This document shows, in pieces, positions 10,876 to 21,405 of a stretch of 64,000 nt of DNA. The notes under the pieces were generated by a model. It did not search any database. It saw only the letters and a list, made by a program, of their open reading frames with translations, and was not told the DNA's origin. Positions within the stretch are counted from its first letter, which is position 1. Each line of letters begins with the position of its first letter. Made by a program: the position numbers and the translations under genes. Origin of the DNA: Formosa sp. Hel1_33_131 (GTDB lineage: Bacteria; Bacteroidota; Bacteroidia; Flavobacteriales; Flavobacteriaceae); NCBI GenBank assembly GCA_949499105.1, contig CATEFX010000057.1, forward strand, positions 13,336 through 77,335, written 5' to 3'.

Positions 10876-11933
10876 TATATGTGATGTTTTAAAAAGGGTG
10901 ATAATTTTTCTAAAATGAGTTCGGGTGTCAGTTGTTCGTAAAAAAACGATGGGTTTTCTTCAATTTTTTTCCGATCTTCTCTTGAAGTTGAAAACAAATC
11001 GGGGTTTTGATCCAATAAATGCACGGAGGTATGCAGCTGTCCGTCTTCAAAACTGGCCCAGTGAGATTTTATAACATAAGGAGAAAAAATAGTAAAAGTG
11101 GGTTTGTCAAGCGCTTTGGCAATATGAACAATACCACCTTCATTGGCGATTAATAATTGACACTGATTCATCAGGGCAATAAACCCTCTAATACTCGCTT
11201 CATACACATCAAAAATAATCGCATCTTGATGCTTGCAAGCGTTATAAATTTTAGTGACCTCTACTTTTTGGTCGGGCGCATAGTTAAATAATATATTCAC
11301 CTCAAAATGGGTCGTTACATAGTCTATGAGCGCCACGATATATTCATAAGGCATCGATTTTTGGGGCGTACTTCCCAAAACCCCAAACATCACTACAGGC
11401 TTATCGTAAGCTTTTAATTTTGAATATTTTTTTTCGGTCGCTGTTAAATGTATTTTTGGCGTGTAGATAGGCGCTTCTAGCGGAAAAGCTGCGTTTACTA
11501 AATGAACTCTATCTTCTATAGATTTCCCACAGGGCTTTGTTTTTTCCTTTAAAAACGTCACATTATGAGTGTAGAAATTGAGCACCGGATTTTTATCTGT
11601 TTTTTTATACCCCACTCGAATGGGGGCTTTTGAAAACAACGAGATCACCCTACTTTGAAATTTAGCATAGGGATCAAAAATAATATCATACTGCGCCTTT
11701 CGAACCTCCCAAACCGTTTTTATAAGGGTTGGAATTTTTTTTAATTCCTTTTCATTCAATGGAATAATTCTGTCGATCGCTGGATTATTTTCGAGCACCC
11801 CAGTCGTGTAATCATAAACCATATAGTCCACTCGTGAATTTGGTATTATTTTTTTGATATTGGTGGCGATTAAAGAGGCAATGAGGACATCACCAATTCG
11901 CTTATTTTGGATTACAAGTATTTTTTTCATCAC
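10875..11933 (-). CDS. Glycosyltransferase family 9 (heptosyltransferase-like)
   Basis: KKILVIQNKRIGDVL, IANEGGIVHIAKALDKPT. Confidence 0.9.
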   Translation of the reverse strand: MMKKILVIQNKRIGDVLIASLIATNIKKIIPNSRVDYMVYDYTTGVLENNPAIDRIIPLNEKELKKIPTLIKTVWEVRKAQYDIIFDPYAKFQSRVISLFSKAPIRVGYKKTDKNPVLNFYTHNVTFLKEKTKPCGKSIEDRVHLVNAAFPLEAPIYTPKIHLTATEKKYSKLKAYDKPVVMFGVLGSTPQKSMPYEYIVALIDYVTTHFEVNILFNYAPDQKVEVTKIYNACKHQDAIIFDVYEASIRGFIALMNQCQLLIANEGGIVHIAKALDKPTFTIFSPYVIKSHWASFEDGQLHTSVHLLDQNPDLFSTSREDRKKIEENPSFFYEQLTPELILEKLSPFLKHHI

Positions 11934-11989
11934 TTACTAAAGACTATCTTAGCAAGATATTACTTTTTTTAAAGCTACTAAAAGTTTAC

Positions 11990-12769
11990 ATGAACAATCT
12001 TATTATACATCCCGATTTTGCATCGCATTCTGATGCCATTTCTAAAGCCATTCGCGATTTTAATTCATCTGGAACGACCGTGCTAAAAGGAGAGCGGAAC
12101 ACCATCAAATCATTGAAAATTGACGGCTTAAACCTTAATATTAAGCAATTTAAAACACCGGCGTTTTTTAATGCATTTGTATATAAATACATTCGAAAAT
12201 CAAAAGCACGTCGGTCCTATGAGTATGCCAATATATTAACTCAGAAAACAATTTTAACGCCTACGCCAATCGCTTATTTTGAAGCAACATCTTGGTTTGG
12301 TCTCAAGCAGAGTTATTATATCAGTCAGCATGTGGCTTATGATTTAGATTTTAGAGTTTTGATTCACGATTTAGAGTATCCTAATCGAACCGAAATTCTA
12401 AAACAATTTTCGGCATTTACTTTCAAGTTACACGAGCAAAGTGTTAATTTTCTAGACCATTCACCAGGGAATACCCTGATTATGAAAACGGACTCTAACC
12501 ACTATGATTTTTATCTAATCGATTTGAATCGCATGCGATTTGAACCCATGAATTTTAATAAACGGATGCATAATTTTAGACGTCTTTGGCTGTCTAAAGC
12601 CATGGTGAAAACCATGTCCAAAGAATATGCCTCTTTAAGTGATTCCGGTATTTCTTCAGAAAAAACACAGGACTTAATGTTGCAATACAGTCGGAAATTT
12701 CAAAAACACATCAACTCCAAAAAACTCAGACGAAGCGGTCGAAAAATGGTTTTTAAAACCACGAATTAA
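11990..12769 (+). CDS. Lipopolysaccharide kinase (Kdo/WaaP/InaA family)
   Basis: IKQFK, KARRSYEYA, FLDHSPGNTL, YLIDLNR. Confidence 0.85.
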   Translation: MNNLIIHPDFASHSDAISKAIRDFNSSGTTVLKGERNTIKSLKIDGLNLNIKQFKTPAFFNAFVYKYIRKSKARRSYEYANILTQKTILTPTPIAYFEATSWFGLKQSYYISQHVAYDLDFRVLIHDLEYPNRTEILKQFSAFTFKLHEQSVNFLDHSPGNTLIMKTDSNHYDFYLIDLNRMRFEPMNFNKRMHNFRRLWLSKAMVKTMSKEYASLSDSGISSEKTQDLMLQYSRKFQKHINSKKLRRSGRKMVFKTTN

Positions 12770-12820
12770 TCGGTAGATAATGTATGCTTAGAACAGTGAT
12801 TCTTTATATTAGAGATGATT

Positions 12821-14701
12821 TTATTTGGACTCCTCTTTAATTGAAACTGTATTATTTATAAAGTTATTATTAAAAGTTTGCAAAAACGCTTTAATCTCTT
12901 GTTCTAGTTCGAGTTTTTTAACATCGGAGATGCTGTGTTGTAGGTTTCTAAGCTCTAACTTGTTTGTGGTGTCGTATAGTTCTGTGATTTTTTCCCCATC
13001 AAATATAAAGTAATAATTATCAATCATGACTTGGTAGTTATTGTTCACCAAATTCACAATCAAATTAGTTTCGTTTTTGTAACTGTTCCCAAAACTAAAA
13101 AAGGGCTCTGGATAGTCCAAATAGTCAAGAACACTGGGAATAATATCAATTTGTTGGATATTTTTAAGGTTGATCTCAGGGGTATCGTTGCTAGGATCGA
13201 AGATCAGTAGTGGAATGGCATAATTTTCCATTGGAGGCTGGTTGTGTTTTTTTGCTAACATCGAACAATGATCTGCCGTAATTACAAAAATTGTATTTGG
13301 ATACCATTCTTGGGTTTTCGCATATTCAAAGTATTTTTTGATGGCATAATCTGTATAGCCTACTGATTCATGAAATAGTGATTTTGAATCTCCAAAAGCG
13401 CCTTTATACCGATTTGGAATCACGAAAGGCATGTGTGAGGATATGGTAAAAATCGACGCTAAAAAAGGAGGGCTCATACGCCCTGTTTGTTCCCCAAAGA
13501 ATCTTAGAAACTCTTCATCATAAATCCCCCATTTACCATCTTCATGCCCTGGGGTTGGGTATTCATCTTTTCCGTAATAAGCATCAAAACCAGCGACCTT
13601 TGCATAGTGATCAAAATTTTGACTTCCGTTAAATGCGCCGTGGAAAAAAGCAGATTCATAGCCTTGTTTGGCCAAAATTTTCGGTAGACTTTCAATGTCA
13701 TTGAAGGCATAAGTTGAATTAATAAACGATTCACCAAAAATACTTGGAACTCCTGTTAATATTGACGGAAGAGCCTCGCTAGATAATCGGCCATTGGCAT
13801 AGCCATTTGGAAAATAGATCGACTGTGATATAAGGGAATCTAAAAAGGGTGTGTTTCCCACTTCAGGGGTCGAATAACTGATGTTTTCATCCCCAAAACT
13901 TTCCGCAATAATAATGACGATGTTTTTTTTAGTCATTACTTTGCCTTCATTATAATGTTTTATTGGGGTATAAATTTCTTGCAACGCATCGTCCTCAAAG
14001 TGACTTAATACCGCAAGTTTCTCTTTGTCTTTTAGGGTTTTCATAATGCAGAAGGGCGTATTCAGCACAATAACATTCGTATTAATGTTGGAGTAGTTAA
14101 CGGCATCAATTCTGCTCAGTGGTTTTTCTTGTATGCCGCCTCTTCCCATCACTAAACTCAATCCAAGAACCAGCACAAATCCCAAAATAGAATAAACACT
14201 TTTGACAGAGGTGTTCTGAGTTTTTGGAGTCTTAAAATTTGGAATGAATTTCCAGAAAAAAGTAATAAACACTAGAAACGAAAGCGCTACATACCAGTAT
14301 TGAGACACATAGGAGGGAATCAGTCCCATAATTTCGGTTTCCATGCCTTTGGCTGTGATCAAATCAAAGGTGCTTCGTCTGCCAGTAAATTCAAAATAAA
14401 CGAGGTCGATAAAATTGGTCGCTAAAAAAATACTGTTGGTTATGAAAAATACCAATTTTAAAATTTTCTGGTATGGGCCCCCATATTTAAAGCCCCCAGG
14501 GATGGAGTGCCCAATGATGATTAAAAGATTGGTATAAATGATCACAGAGACATCAAATCGAATGCCCCCTAAGAAATTGATGAGATTAATTTCATCAAAC
14601 GTACTGTAATGAAAGCGCACAAAAAGGAGTCTACAGAAACTGTAAAAGAGCGTTACGTACAAAATCCGTTTCGCTAACGTTTTTAAGCTTTCAACATACA
14701 T
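12821..14701 (-). CDS. LTA synthase / sulfatase family membrane protein
   Basis: N-terminal TM helices; NIVIIIAESF, TISSHMPF, ITADH. Confidence 0.85.
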   Translation of the reverse strand: MYVESLKTLAKRILYVTLFYSFCRLLFVRFHYSTFDEINLINFLGGIRFDVSVIIYTNLLIIIGHSIPGGFKYGGPYQKILKLVFFITNSIFLATNFIDLVYFEFTGRRSTFDLITAKGMETEIMGLIPSYVSQYWYVALSFLVFITFFWKFIPNFKTPKTQNTSVKSVYSILGFVLVLGLSLVMGRGGIQEKPLSRIDAVNYSNINTNVIVLNTPFCIMKTLKDKEKLAVLSHFEDDALQEIYTPIKHYNEGKVMTKKNIVIIIAESFGDENISYSTPEVGNTPFLDSLISQSIYFPNGYANGRLSSEALPSILTGVPSIFGESFINSTYAFNDIESLPKILAKQGYESAFFHGAFNGSQNFDHYAKVAGFDAYYGKDEYPTPGHEDGKWGIYDEEFLRFFGEQTGRMSPPFLASIFTISSHMPFVIPNRYKGAFGDSKSLFHESVGYTDYAIKKYFEYAKTQEWYPNTIFVITADHCSMLAKKHNQPPMENYAIPLLIFDPSNDTPEINLKNIQQIDIIPSVLDYLDYPEPFFSFGNSYKNETNLIVNLVNNNYQVMIDNYYFIFDGEKITELYDTTNKLELRNLQHSISDVKKLELEQEIKAFLQTFNNNFINNTVSIKEESK

Positions 14702-14705
14702 CGGA

Positions 14706-15521
14706 CTAAACCGCTACATTATGCGTTCGCAAGGCATCGTTTAAAGACGTTTTTTTGTTGGTGCTTTCTTTTCGTTTTCCAATAATCAGGGCACAAGGTA
14801 CATTGTAGTTTCCAGATGGAAATTCTTTTACATAACTTCCAGGAATCACTACCGAACGTGCAGGGACGAGTCCTTTATATTCTTTTGGTTCATCGCCAGT
14901 CACATCAATAATTTTGGTACTCATTGTTAAGACCACACCAGCCCCTAGGACGGCTTCGGTTTCAACTCGAACGCCTTCCACCACAATACAACGGGATCCA
15001 ATAAAAGCATTATCTTCAATAATTACCGGAGCTGCTTGAAGTGGCTCTAAGACCCCTCCAATACCAACGCCACCAGAAAGGTGTACATTTTTACCAATTT
15101 GTGCGCAACTTCCTACCGTTGCCCAAGTATCCACCATCGTACCTTCATCGACATACGCTCCAATATTCACATAACTGGGCATCAAAATAGTGCCTTTTGA
15201 AATATAGGCGCCATGACGTGCAACCGCATGGGGTACCACTCGAATGCCTTTTTCGGCATAGCCTGTTTTTAAGGGAATTTTATCGTGAAACTCAAACGGG
15301 CCCACTTCGATGGTTTCCATGGTTTGAATCGGGAAATACATCACAACTGCTTTCTTAATCCACTCATTCACTTGCCATCCCTCTGTGGTGGGTTCAGCGA
15401 CTCTAAGGTCTCCTTTGTCTAATAAATCAACAAGGGTTCTAATCGCATCTTGAGTTGTGGTTTCGTCTAAGAGGGCTCGATTGTCCCAAGCTGCTTCAAT
15501 AAGTGGTCGTAAGTTGTTCAT
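14706..15521 (-). CDS. dapD: Tetrahydrodipicolinate N-succinyltransferase
   Basis: WQVNEWIKKAV, MPSYVNIGAYVDEGTMVDTWATVGSCAQIG, GGVLEPLQA. Confidence 0.97.
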   Translation of the reverse strand: MNNLRPLIEAAWDNRALLDETTTQDAIRTLVDLLDKGDLRVAEPTTEGWQVNEWIKKAVVMYFPIQTMETIEVGPFEFHDKIPLKTGYAEKGIRVVPHAVARHGAYISKGTILMPSYVNIGAYVDEGTMVDTWATVGSCAQIGKNVHLSGGVGIGGVLEPLQAAPVIIEDNAFIGSRCIVVEGVRVETEAVLGAGVVLTMSTKIIDVTGDEPKEYKGLVPARSVVIPGSYVKEFPSGNYNVPCALIIGKRKESTNKKTSLNDALRTHNVAV

Positions 15522-15636
15522 CGTGTATTTTTCAACAAATATAAGCTTAATAAGAAATAAAATAAAATAAATGTTTGTGACTTTTTAACTTAAATGGGGT
15601 CATATTTTAAACAGAATTAATTTTTTTAAAAAAAAC

Positions 15637-16452
15637 ATGAAAATGCCTACTATTTCAGTAATTATAAGTACTTACAATCAATCAGAATGGCTTCGAAAAA
15701 CACTTTTAGGTTATGAATGTCAGACTTTTAATTCTTTTGAAATCATTATTGCTGACGATGGTTCTGATAATCGAACAAAATCAGTAATTAATCAGTTTCA
15801 AACTCAATCAACGTTGAGTATTCAGCATATTTGGCATGAAGATCAAGGATTTCAAAAAACAAAAATTTTAAATAAAGCGATCGTTGCTTCTAAAACAGAT
15901 TATTTAATCTTCACAGATGGGGATTGTATTCCACGAAATGATTTTGTGGAAGTACACCATAAAAAGAGACGTTGTAATTCCTTTTTGTCAGGAGGTTATT
16001 TTAAACTTCCCAAAACAATATCTGAACTAATTTCTGATGATGACATAAAGTCTCAAACATGTTTCGATTCAAAATGGCTTTTGAAACATGGATTGAAAAG
16101 GAGTTTTAAATTAAATAAACTATCTTCTAAAGGAGCTAAGGAGGCATTTCTAAATAGATTTACATTCACAAAGCCTTCTTGGAATGGAATGAATTCTTCG
16201 GGTTGAAAAAAAGATCTTATTGCAGTTAATGGTTTTGATACTAGAATGCAATACGGCGGAGAAGATAGAGAATTTGGCGAGCGCTTGGTGAATTATAATA
16301 TTAAACCAATTCAGATTAGGTATAGTGCTGTTTGTGTCCATTTATTTCATTTAAGAGGTTATAAAAATGAAGAGACTATTAAATATAATAATGAAATTAG
16401 GTCTCTAACATCAAAGCAAAAATCTACAAAAACTTTATCTGGAATGGATTAG
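15637..16452 (+). pseudogene. GT2 glycosyltransferase (paralog of 9453..10283) with in-frame TGA at 16204-16206
   Basis: Reads ...NSSG*KKDLIAVNGFDTRMQYGGEDRE in one frame; paralog has NVSGWKKDIIAVNGFDERMQYGGQDRE. Confidence 0.85.
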
Positions 16453-16520
16453 TTTAATTGTATGAGTTAGTAAAAATTTTATACGCACTTTCTGAATTTT
16501 AAACTGTATTTTTGCGTTCT

Positions 16521-16931
16521 ATGGGACGTCTTTTAGCAATTGATTATGGGAGTAAACGTACGGGAATCGCCGTCACGGATGAGATGCAAATTATTGCATC
16601 GGGCTTAACAACGGTCGAAACAAAAACGCTGATACCGTTTTTAAAAACCTATTGCGAGAAAGAATCTGTTGAACTGTTTCTTATTGGATTGCCAAAACAA
16701 ATGAATAATGAGCTTTCGGAAAGTGAGCCTTTAATCTTGAAATTTATACAAACTTTAAAAAAACAAATCCCACAGATTCCAATCGAACGTGTCGATGAAC
16801 GCTTTACGTCTAAGATGGCTTTTCAAACGATGATTGACAGTGGTCTCAATAAAAAACAACGAAAAAACAAGGCACTGGTCGATGAAATTAGTGCGACCCT
16901 TATTCTGCAATCCTATCTTCACAATAAATAA
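16521..16931 (+). CDS. ruvX: Holliday junction resolvase-like / pre-16S rRNA nuclease YqgF
   Basis: LLAIDYGSKRTGIA, VDERFTS, VDEISATLILQSYL; TATTTTTG promoter motif at 16507-16514. Confidence 0.93.
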   Translation: MGRLLAIDYGSKRTGIAVTDEMQIIASGLTTVETKTLIPFLKTYCEKESVELFLIGLPKQMNNELSESEPLILKFIQTLKKQIPQIPIERVDERFTSKMAFQTMIDSGLNKKQRKNKALVDEISATLILQSYLHNK

Positions 16932-16992
16932 GTCTAGAAGTATTATTTTTTACATCCAAAAATTGTATTTTTGAGCCCTTATAATTAGTTGT

Positions 16993-17586
16993 ATGATTTT
17001 ACCAATTGTGGCTTACGGAGATCCAGTTCTTAAAAAAAGAGCGATTGAAATTACGCCAGAACATCCAAATTTAGAGCAAATTATTGCCAATATGTACGAG
17101 TCTATGTACGGCGCTTTTGGCGTTGGATTAGCAGCACCACAGATTGGGCTTTCCATTCGGTTGTTTTTGGTAGACACGGCTCCTTTTTCGGATGATGAGA
17201 GTTATTCTATCGAAGAGCAGGCCCAACTAAATTCCTTTAAACGGACGTTTATCAATCCTAAAATGCTCGATGAATCAGGCGAGGAGTGGAGTTTTAACGA
17301 AGGCTGTTTGAGTATCCCCAACGTTCGTGAAGAGGTGTTGAGAAAGCCAACCATTAAAATCGAATATCAAGATGAGGATTTTAAAACCCATGTCGAAGAA
17401 TTTGACGGTTTAATCGCTCGAGTGATTCAGCATGAGTATGATCATATCGAAGGGATTTTGTTTACGGACAAAGTATCGTCCTTAAAAAAACGCTTATTAA
17501 AAGGAAAACTGAGTAATATTTCAAAAGGAAAAACGAGTGTGGATTATCGCATGCGATTTCCAAATAGTTCAAAAAAACGTTCTTAA
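16993..17586 (+). CDS. def: Peptide deformylase
   Basis: GVGLAAPQIG, EGCLS, QHEYDH. Confidence 0.97.
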   Translation: MILPIVAYGDPVLKKRAIEITPEHPNLEQIIANMYESMYGAFGVGLAAPQIGLSIRLFLVDTAPFSDDESYSIEEQAQLNSFKRTFINPKMLDESGEEWSFNEGCLSIPNVREEVLRKPTIKIEYQDEDFKTHVEEFDGLIARVIQHEYDHIEGILFTDKVSSLKKRLLKGKLSNISKGKTSVDYRMRFPNSSKKRS

Positions 17587-17612
17587 ATCAAACTTAATCT
17601 TAAACTTAATAA

Positions 17613-18032
17613 ATGGAATTAGATAAAATTTTAGCCATCTCAAAAAAACCGGGCTTATACAAATTAATCACCCAATCGCGTGGCGGATTTATTGCAGAAT
17701 CGCTCATCGATCAAAAACGGCTATCCGTCAGTATTAGTAACAATGTGAGTGTATTAAGCGAAATCGCGATTTATACGCTCAACGAAGAATTGCCGCTGAA
17801 AGATGTTTTTTTAAAGATTTTTGAAAAAGAAAAGGGCCAAGATACAAGCACGAGTCCCAAAGCATCTAAAGACGATTTAGAAGCCTATTTTTTCTCGGTT
17901 CTTCCTGATTATGATGAAGATCGGGTGTATCCGAGTGATATTAAAAAAGTTTTAAATTGGTATAATTTACTAAATAAACACAAGCTGTTAGATTTTAAAA
18001 CGGAGGCTTCTAGTACAGAAGAGGAAGAATAA
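17613..18032 (+). CDS. DUF5606 family protein
   Basis: ILAISKKPGLYKL, LSEIAIYT, LPDYDEDRVYPSDIKK, typical of the Bacteroidota gene after def. Confidence 0.8.
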   Translation: MELDKILAISKKPGLYKLITQSRGGFIAESLIDQKRLSVSISNNVSVLSEIAIYTLNEELPLKDVFLKIFEKEKGQDTSTSPKASKDDLEAYFFSVLPDYDEDRVYPSDIKKVLNWYNLLNKHKLLDFKTEASSTEEEE

Positions 18033-18061
18033 AAAAAAAGCAGCGATTCGCTGCTTTTTTT
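18033..18061. terminator. Bidirectional intrinsic terminator
   Basis: A-tract, GCAGCG-ATT-CGCTGC stem-loop, T-tract. Confidence 0.85.
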
Positions 18062-18076
18062 AACACTATATTTTAA

Positions 18077-19456
18077 ATGTTTGCACACTTAACAAAAGAA
18101 TTCAACTACAACTGGAAGTTGGCCGCACCTGTCATTATGGGCATGTTGGGGCATACTTTTGTGGGATTCGTTGATAATATTATGGTGGGCCAATTGGGAT
18201 CGGCCGCCTTGGCTGCGGTGTCTCTAGGGAATAGTTTTTTCTTTGTTGCCATGTCACTCGGAATCGGGTTTTCGACCGCGATTACGCCTTTAGTTGCAGA
18301 AGCAGATTCCGAAAATAATTTCAAAAAAGGAAAGTCCGCATTTAAGCATGGCTTATTTTTATGTACGGTATTAAGTCTGTTGTTGTATGCCATGATTCTA
18401 TTGGCAAAACCACTTATGAAATTGATGGATCAACCCGAAGATGTGGTGGTTTTGGCGATGCCATATTTAAATATTATTGCCATTTCGTTGATTCCGCTTA
18501 TTATTTTTCAAGGATTTAAGCAATTTAGTGATGGATTGTCGTTGACCAAACACGCCATGTATGGGACTCTATTTGCCAATATTTTAAATGTTGGGTTTAA
18601 TTATTTATTGATTTTTGGAAAATTTGGATTTCCTGAAATGGGCATCGTTGGGGCTGGGATTGGGACTCTAATTTCTCGTGTAGCAATGATTGTTCTGATT
18701 TGGGTTTTACTTAAAAACGATCCAAAAACAAAGGCCTTTGTAAGTCATATAAAACTATTTGTTTTAGAGAGTTCGATGCTAAAAAAAATATTGAACCTCG
18801 GGTTGCCAAGTGCCATGCAAATGTTTTTTGAAGTCGCTATTTTTACAGCGGCCATTTGGTTGAGTGGTATGTTGGGGAAAAATGCCCAAGCCGCCAATCA
18901 AATTGCCCTCAACTTATCGTCTATGACTTTTATGATTGCGATGGGGTTGAGTGTCACTGCGATGATTCGTGTTGGGAATCAAAAAGGATTGAAAAATTAT
19001 GTTGAGCTTCAGCGGATTGCAAAATCAATATTTCTAATGGGGATTATATTTGCCTCTATTTTCGCAACCTTATTTTTAATTTTCCACGATGTATTTCCAA
19101 CTTTGTATCTGGATTTAGACGATGTAAATAACTATTTAGACAACCAAGAAGTGGTTGCAATCGCCTCCAAATTACTGTTGGTGGCGGCGCTTTTTCAGAT
19201 TAGTGACAGCATCCAAGTGGTGTTTTTGGGGGCCTTAAGAGGGTTGCAAGATGTTATAATCCCAACCTTGATTACTTTTGTTTCCTACTGGGTGATTGGG
19301 TTTCCAACAAGCTATTTCCTTGGAAAGGCCGATGTTTATGGCAGTACAGGTATCTGGATCGGACTCTTAGTCGGATTAGGGTCGGCCTCCATTTTTTTAT
19401 ATCTTAGATTTATTTTTCTAACCAACCGTTTGATTCAAACGCATAATATGAAGTAA
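18077..19456 (+). CDS. MATE family efflux transporter (NorM-like)
   Basis: LAAPVI, FVDNIMVGQLG, YLLIFGKFGFPEMGIVGAGIGT; about 12 TM helices. Confidence 0.92.
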   Translation: MFAHLTKEFNYNWKLAAPVIMGMLGHTFVGFVDNIMVGQLGSAALAAVSLGNSFFFVAMSLGIGFSTAITPLVAEADSENNFKKGKSAFKHGLFLCTVLSLLLYAMILLAKPLMKLMDQPEDVVVLAMPYLNIIAISLIPLIIFQGFKQFSDGLSLTKHAMYGTLFANILNVGFNYLLIFGKFGFPEMGIVGAGIGTLISRVAMIVLIWVLLKNDPKTKAFVSHIKLFVLESSMLKKILNLGLPSAMQMFFEVAIFTAAIWLSGMLGKNAQAANQIALNLSSMTFMIAMGLSVTAMIRVGNQKGLKNYVELQRIAKSIFLMGIIFASIFATLFLIFHDVFPTLYLDLDDVNNYLDNQEVVAIASKLLLVAALFQISDSIQVVFLGALRGLQDVIIPTLITFVSYWVIGFPTSYFLGKADVYGSTGIWIGLLVGLGSASIFLYLRFIFLTNRLIQTHNMK

Positions 19457-19458
19457 CT

Positions 19459-19686
19459 ATGGAATTACCAAAATTCATCCTCGGAGATAACACCAAATTT
19501 CCAAACGCAATCTATGTCATTCATACGGAGTTCCCACGGTTTATCATCAACTTAGAAACCGATGAAGTGGAGTGGTTAGAGGAATTTGATACCCAAGATG
19601 AAGAGGAATTACTTTCGGAAACCGAAACAGCCATTGAAGAAGCCTCTGCTTTTTATGACAGTGAAGTCACTACTTACGATACTTAG
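19459..19686 (+). CDS. Small acidic conserved hypothetical protein
   Basis: 75-aa ORF tightly coupled in operon; LPKFILGDN..IHTEFPRFII. Confidence 0.75.
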   Translation: MELPKFILGDNTKFPNAIYVIHTEFPRFIINLETDEVEWLEEFDTQDEEELLSETETAIEEASAFYDSEVTTYDT

Positions 19687-19688
19687 AA

Positions 19689-20255
19689 ATGTTAGAAACG
19701 CTTTTAGAACTCGACACCTCTATTTTTTTATACCTAAATAATTTAGGAACGCCCTCATGGGATGGGTTTTGGAACCTGATCACCAACAAACGCACCTTCA
19801 TTCCGTTGTATCTTGTGCTGCTGTATTTGATGTCAAAATCAATGCCTAAAAAACAAATTGTGATTCTCGTACTCACCATTGCTGGTATGATTTTGTTTAC
19901 GGATCAAGTGACTAACTTTTTTAAATTCACTTTTGAGCGCTTACGTCCTTGTGCACAAGAAGGGGTTTTAGAATACATACGACAAAGCGACTGCTGGGGG
20001 TATGGGTTCTTTTCTGGACATTCCTCCAATTCTATGGCCACCGCAATTTTTACAGGCTTAATGCTACGCCCTGTTTATAAGAACTTAATTTATTTTATGA
20101 TTATCTGGAGTTTGGTCGTGGCTTACAGTCGGATTTACTTAGGACTTCATTATCCGTTAGATATTATTTGTGGTCTGACTTTCGGAGTCCTGGCTGGGAC
20201 CCTGTTTTTTACCATTTTTAAGCGGTTAAGTGCGCGTTTTGTGCAAATTGAGTAG
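19689..20255 (+). CDS. PAP2 family phosphatase
   Basis: KFTFERLRP, FFSGH, SRIYLGLHYPLD. Confidence 0.9.
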   Translation: MLETLLELDTSIFLYLNNLGTPSWDGFWNLITNKRTFIPLYLVLLYLMSKSMPKKQIVILVLTIAGMILFTDQVTNFFKFTFERLRPCAQEGVLEYIRQSDCWGYGFFSGHSSNSMATAIFTGLMLRPVYKNLIYFMIIWSLVVAYSRIYLGLHYPLDIICGLTFGVLAGTLFFTIFKRLSARFVQIE

Positions 20256-21317
20256 ATATTCAGCAGCGGCAAAGGGCGAGCGCTTATTGGCTGCTATCAA
20301 GGCCATTTGAGCTTTTAATTCTTTGGCGATCACTTCATCCTGAAAAAACTGATCTTTTAATTGATTTTCAATCGATTGTAGCAACCAAAATGTATTTTGT
20401 TCCTGCCGTTTTTTGGTGAAATACCCTTCTTTATTGGCCTGTTCGATATAGTCAGAAATTAAAGTCCATGCGGCGTCAATCCCTTTGTTTTCGAGCGCAC
20501 TACACAACACTACTTTTGGAGTCCAATTGGAGGCTTTCGCAGGGTAGAGGTGAAGGGCCCGGTTAAATTCTACCTTTGCTAATTTAGCTGCTGTTAGATT
20601 GTTTCCATCTGCTTTGTTGATGATAATGGCATCCGCCATTTCTATAATTCCGCGTTTAATCCCTTGCAGTTCATCGCCAGCCCCAGCCAGTTTGAGGAGT
20701 AGGAAAAAATCAACCATGCTATGAACGGCGGTTTCACTTTGTCCAACCCCCACGGTTTCAATCAGAATTACATCGTAGCCGGCAGCTTCACAGAGAGTGA
20801 TCGCTTCTCGGGTGTGTCGTGCCACCCCACCCAACGCATCGCCTGCGGCGGAAGGGCGGATAAATGCCTTTGGATTTTTAACGAGCGCATCCATGCGGGT
20901 TTTATCCCCTAAAATACTTCCCTTACTAAGCGTGCTCGTTGGGTCCACGGCCAAGACAGCCACTTGAGACCCCAGTTCTGTTAAGTACGTGCCTAACGCT
21001 TCTATAAAGGTGCTTTTTCCAACCCCAGGCACCCCTGTGATTCCAATTCTAATGGACGGTTTTTGGTGTTCTAAGCAACTTTGAATCAGGGTATGGGCTT
21101 TTTCTTTATGGGTTGGGCTGTGACTTTCAATTAAAGTGATCCCTTGACTTAAAGCCGCCGTATTTCTATTTAAAATTTTCTCCAGTAGCGTTGCCGCAGA
21201 GGGTTGCTCTAAGCGTTTCTTTTTGAGCTGTAAGATCGCATCCTTACTCGTGGCTTCTTGGTTTGAAACCCCTTCATTTTCTTGAAGTGCACTTTTTGTT
21301 GGTTGCTTTTTTTTCAC
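20226..21317 (-). CDS. meaB: Methylmalonyl-CoA mutase-associated GTPase
   Basis: GITGVPGVGKST, AVDPTS, GSILGDKTRM, ETVGVGQSE, GDELQGIKRG. Confidence 0.95.
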   Translation of the reverse strand: MKKKQPTKSALQENEGVSNQEATSKDAILQLKKKRLEQPSAATLLEKILNRNTAALSQGITLIESHSPTHKEKAHTLIQSCLEHQKPSIRIGITGVPGVGKSTFIEALGTYLTELGSQVAVLAVDPTSTLSKGSILGDKTRMDALVKNPKAFIRPSAAGDALGGVARHTREAITLCEAAGYDVILIETVGVGQSETAVHSMVDFFLLLKLAGAGDELQGIKRGIIEMADAIIINKADGNNLTAAKLAKVEFNRALHLYPAKASNWTPKVVLCSALENKGIDAAWTLISDYIEQANKEGYFTKKRQEQNTFWLLQSIENQLKDQFFQDEVIAKELKAQMALIAANKRSPFAAAEYLLNLHKTRT

Positions 21318-21405
21318 GTTTCTAATATTGCCCCTAAATTAATCTAATTTTTTATATTAGGATTGTTTTTTTGATTGTCCGTATCTTTAGGATCAATTTA
21401 AACCC

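Noticed and set aside
16204-16206. TGA as selenocysteine or alternative genetic code
   Set aside because: The aligned residue is Trp, not Cys; other genes here use TGG for Trp and TGA as stop.
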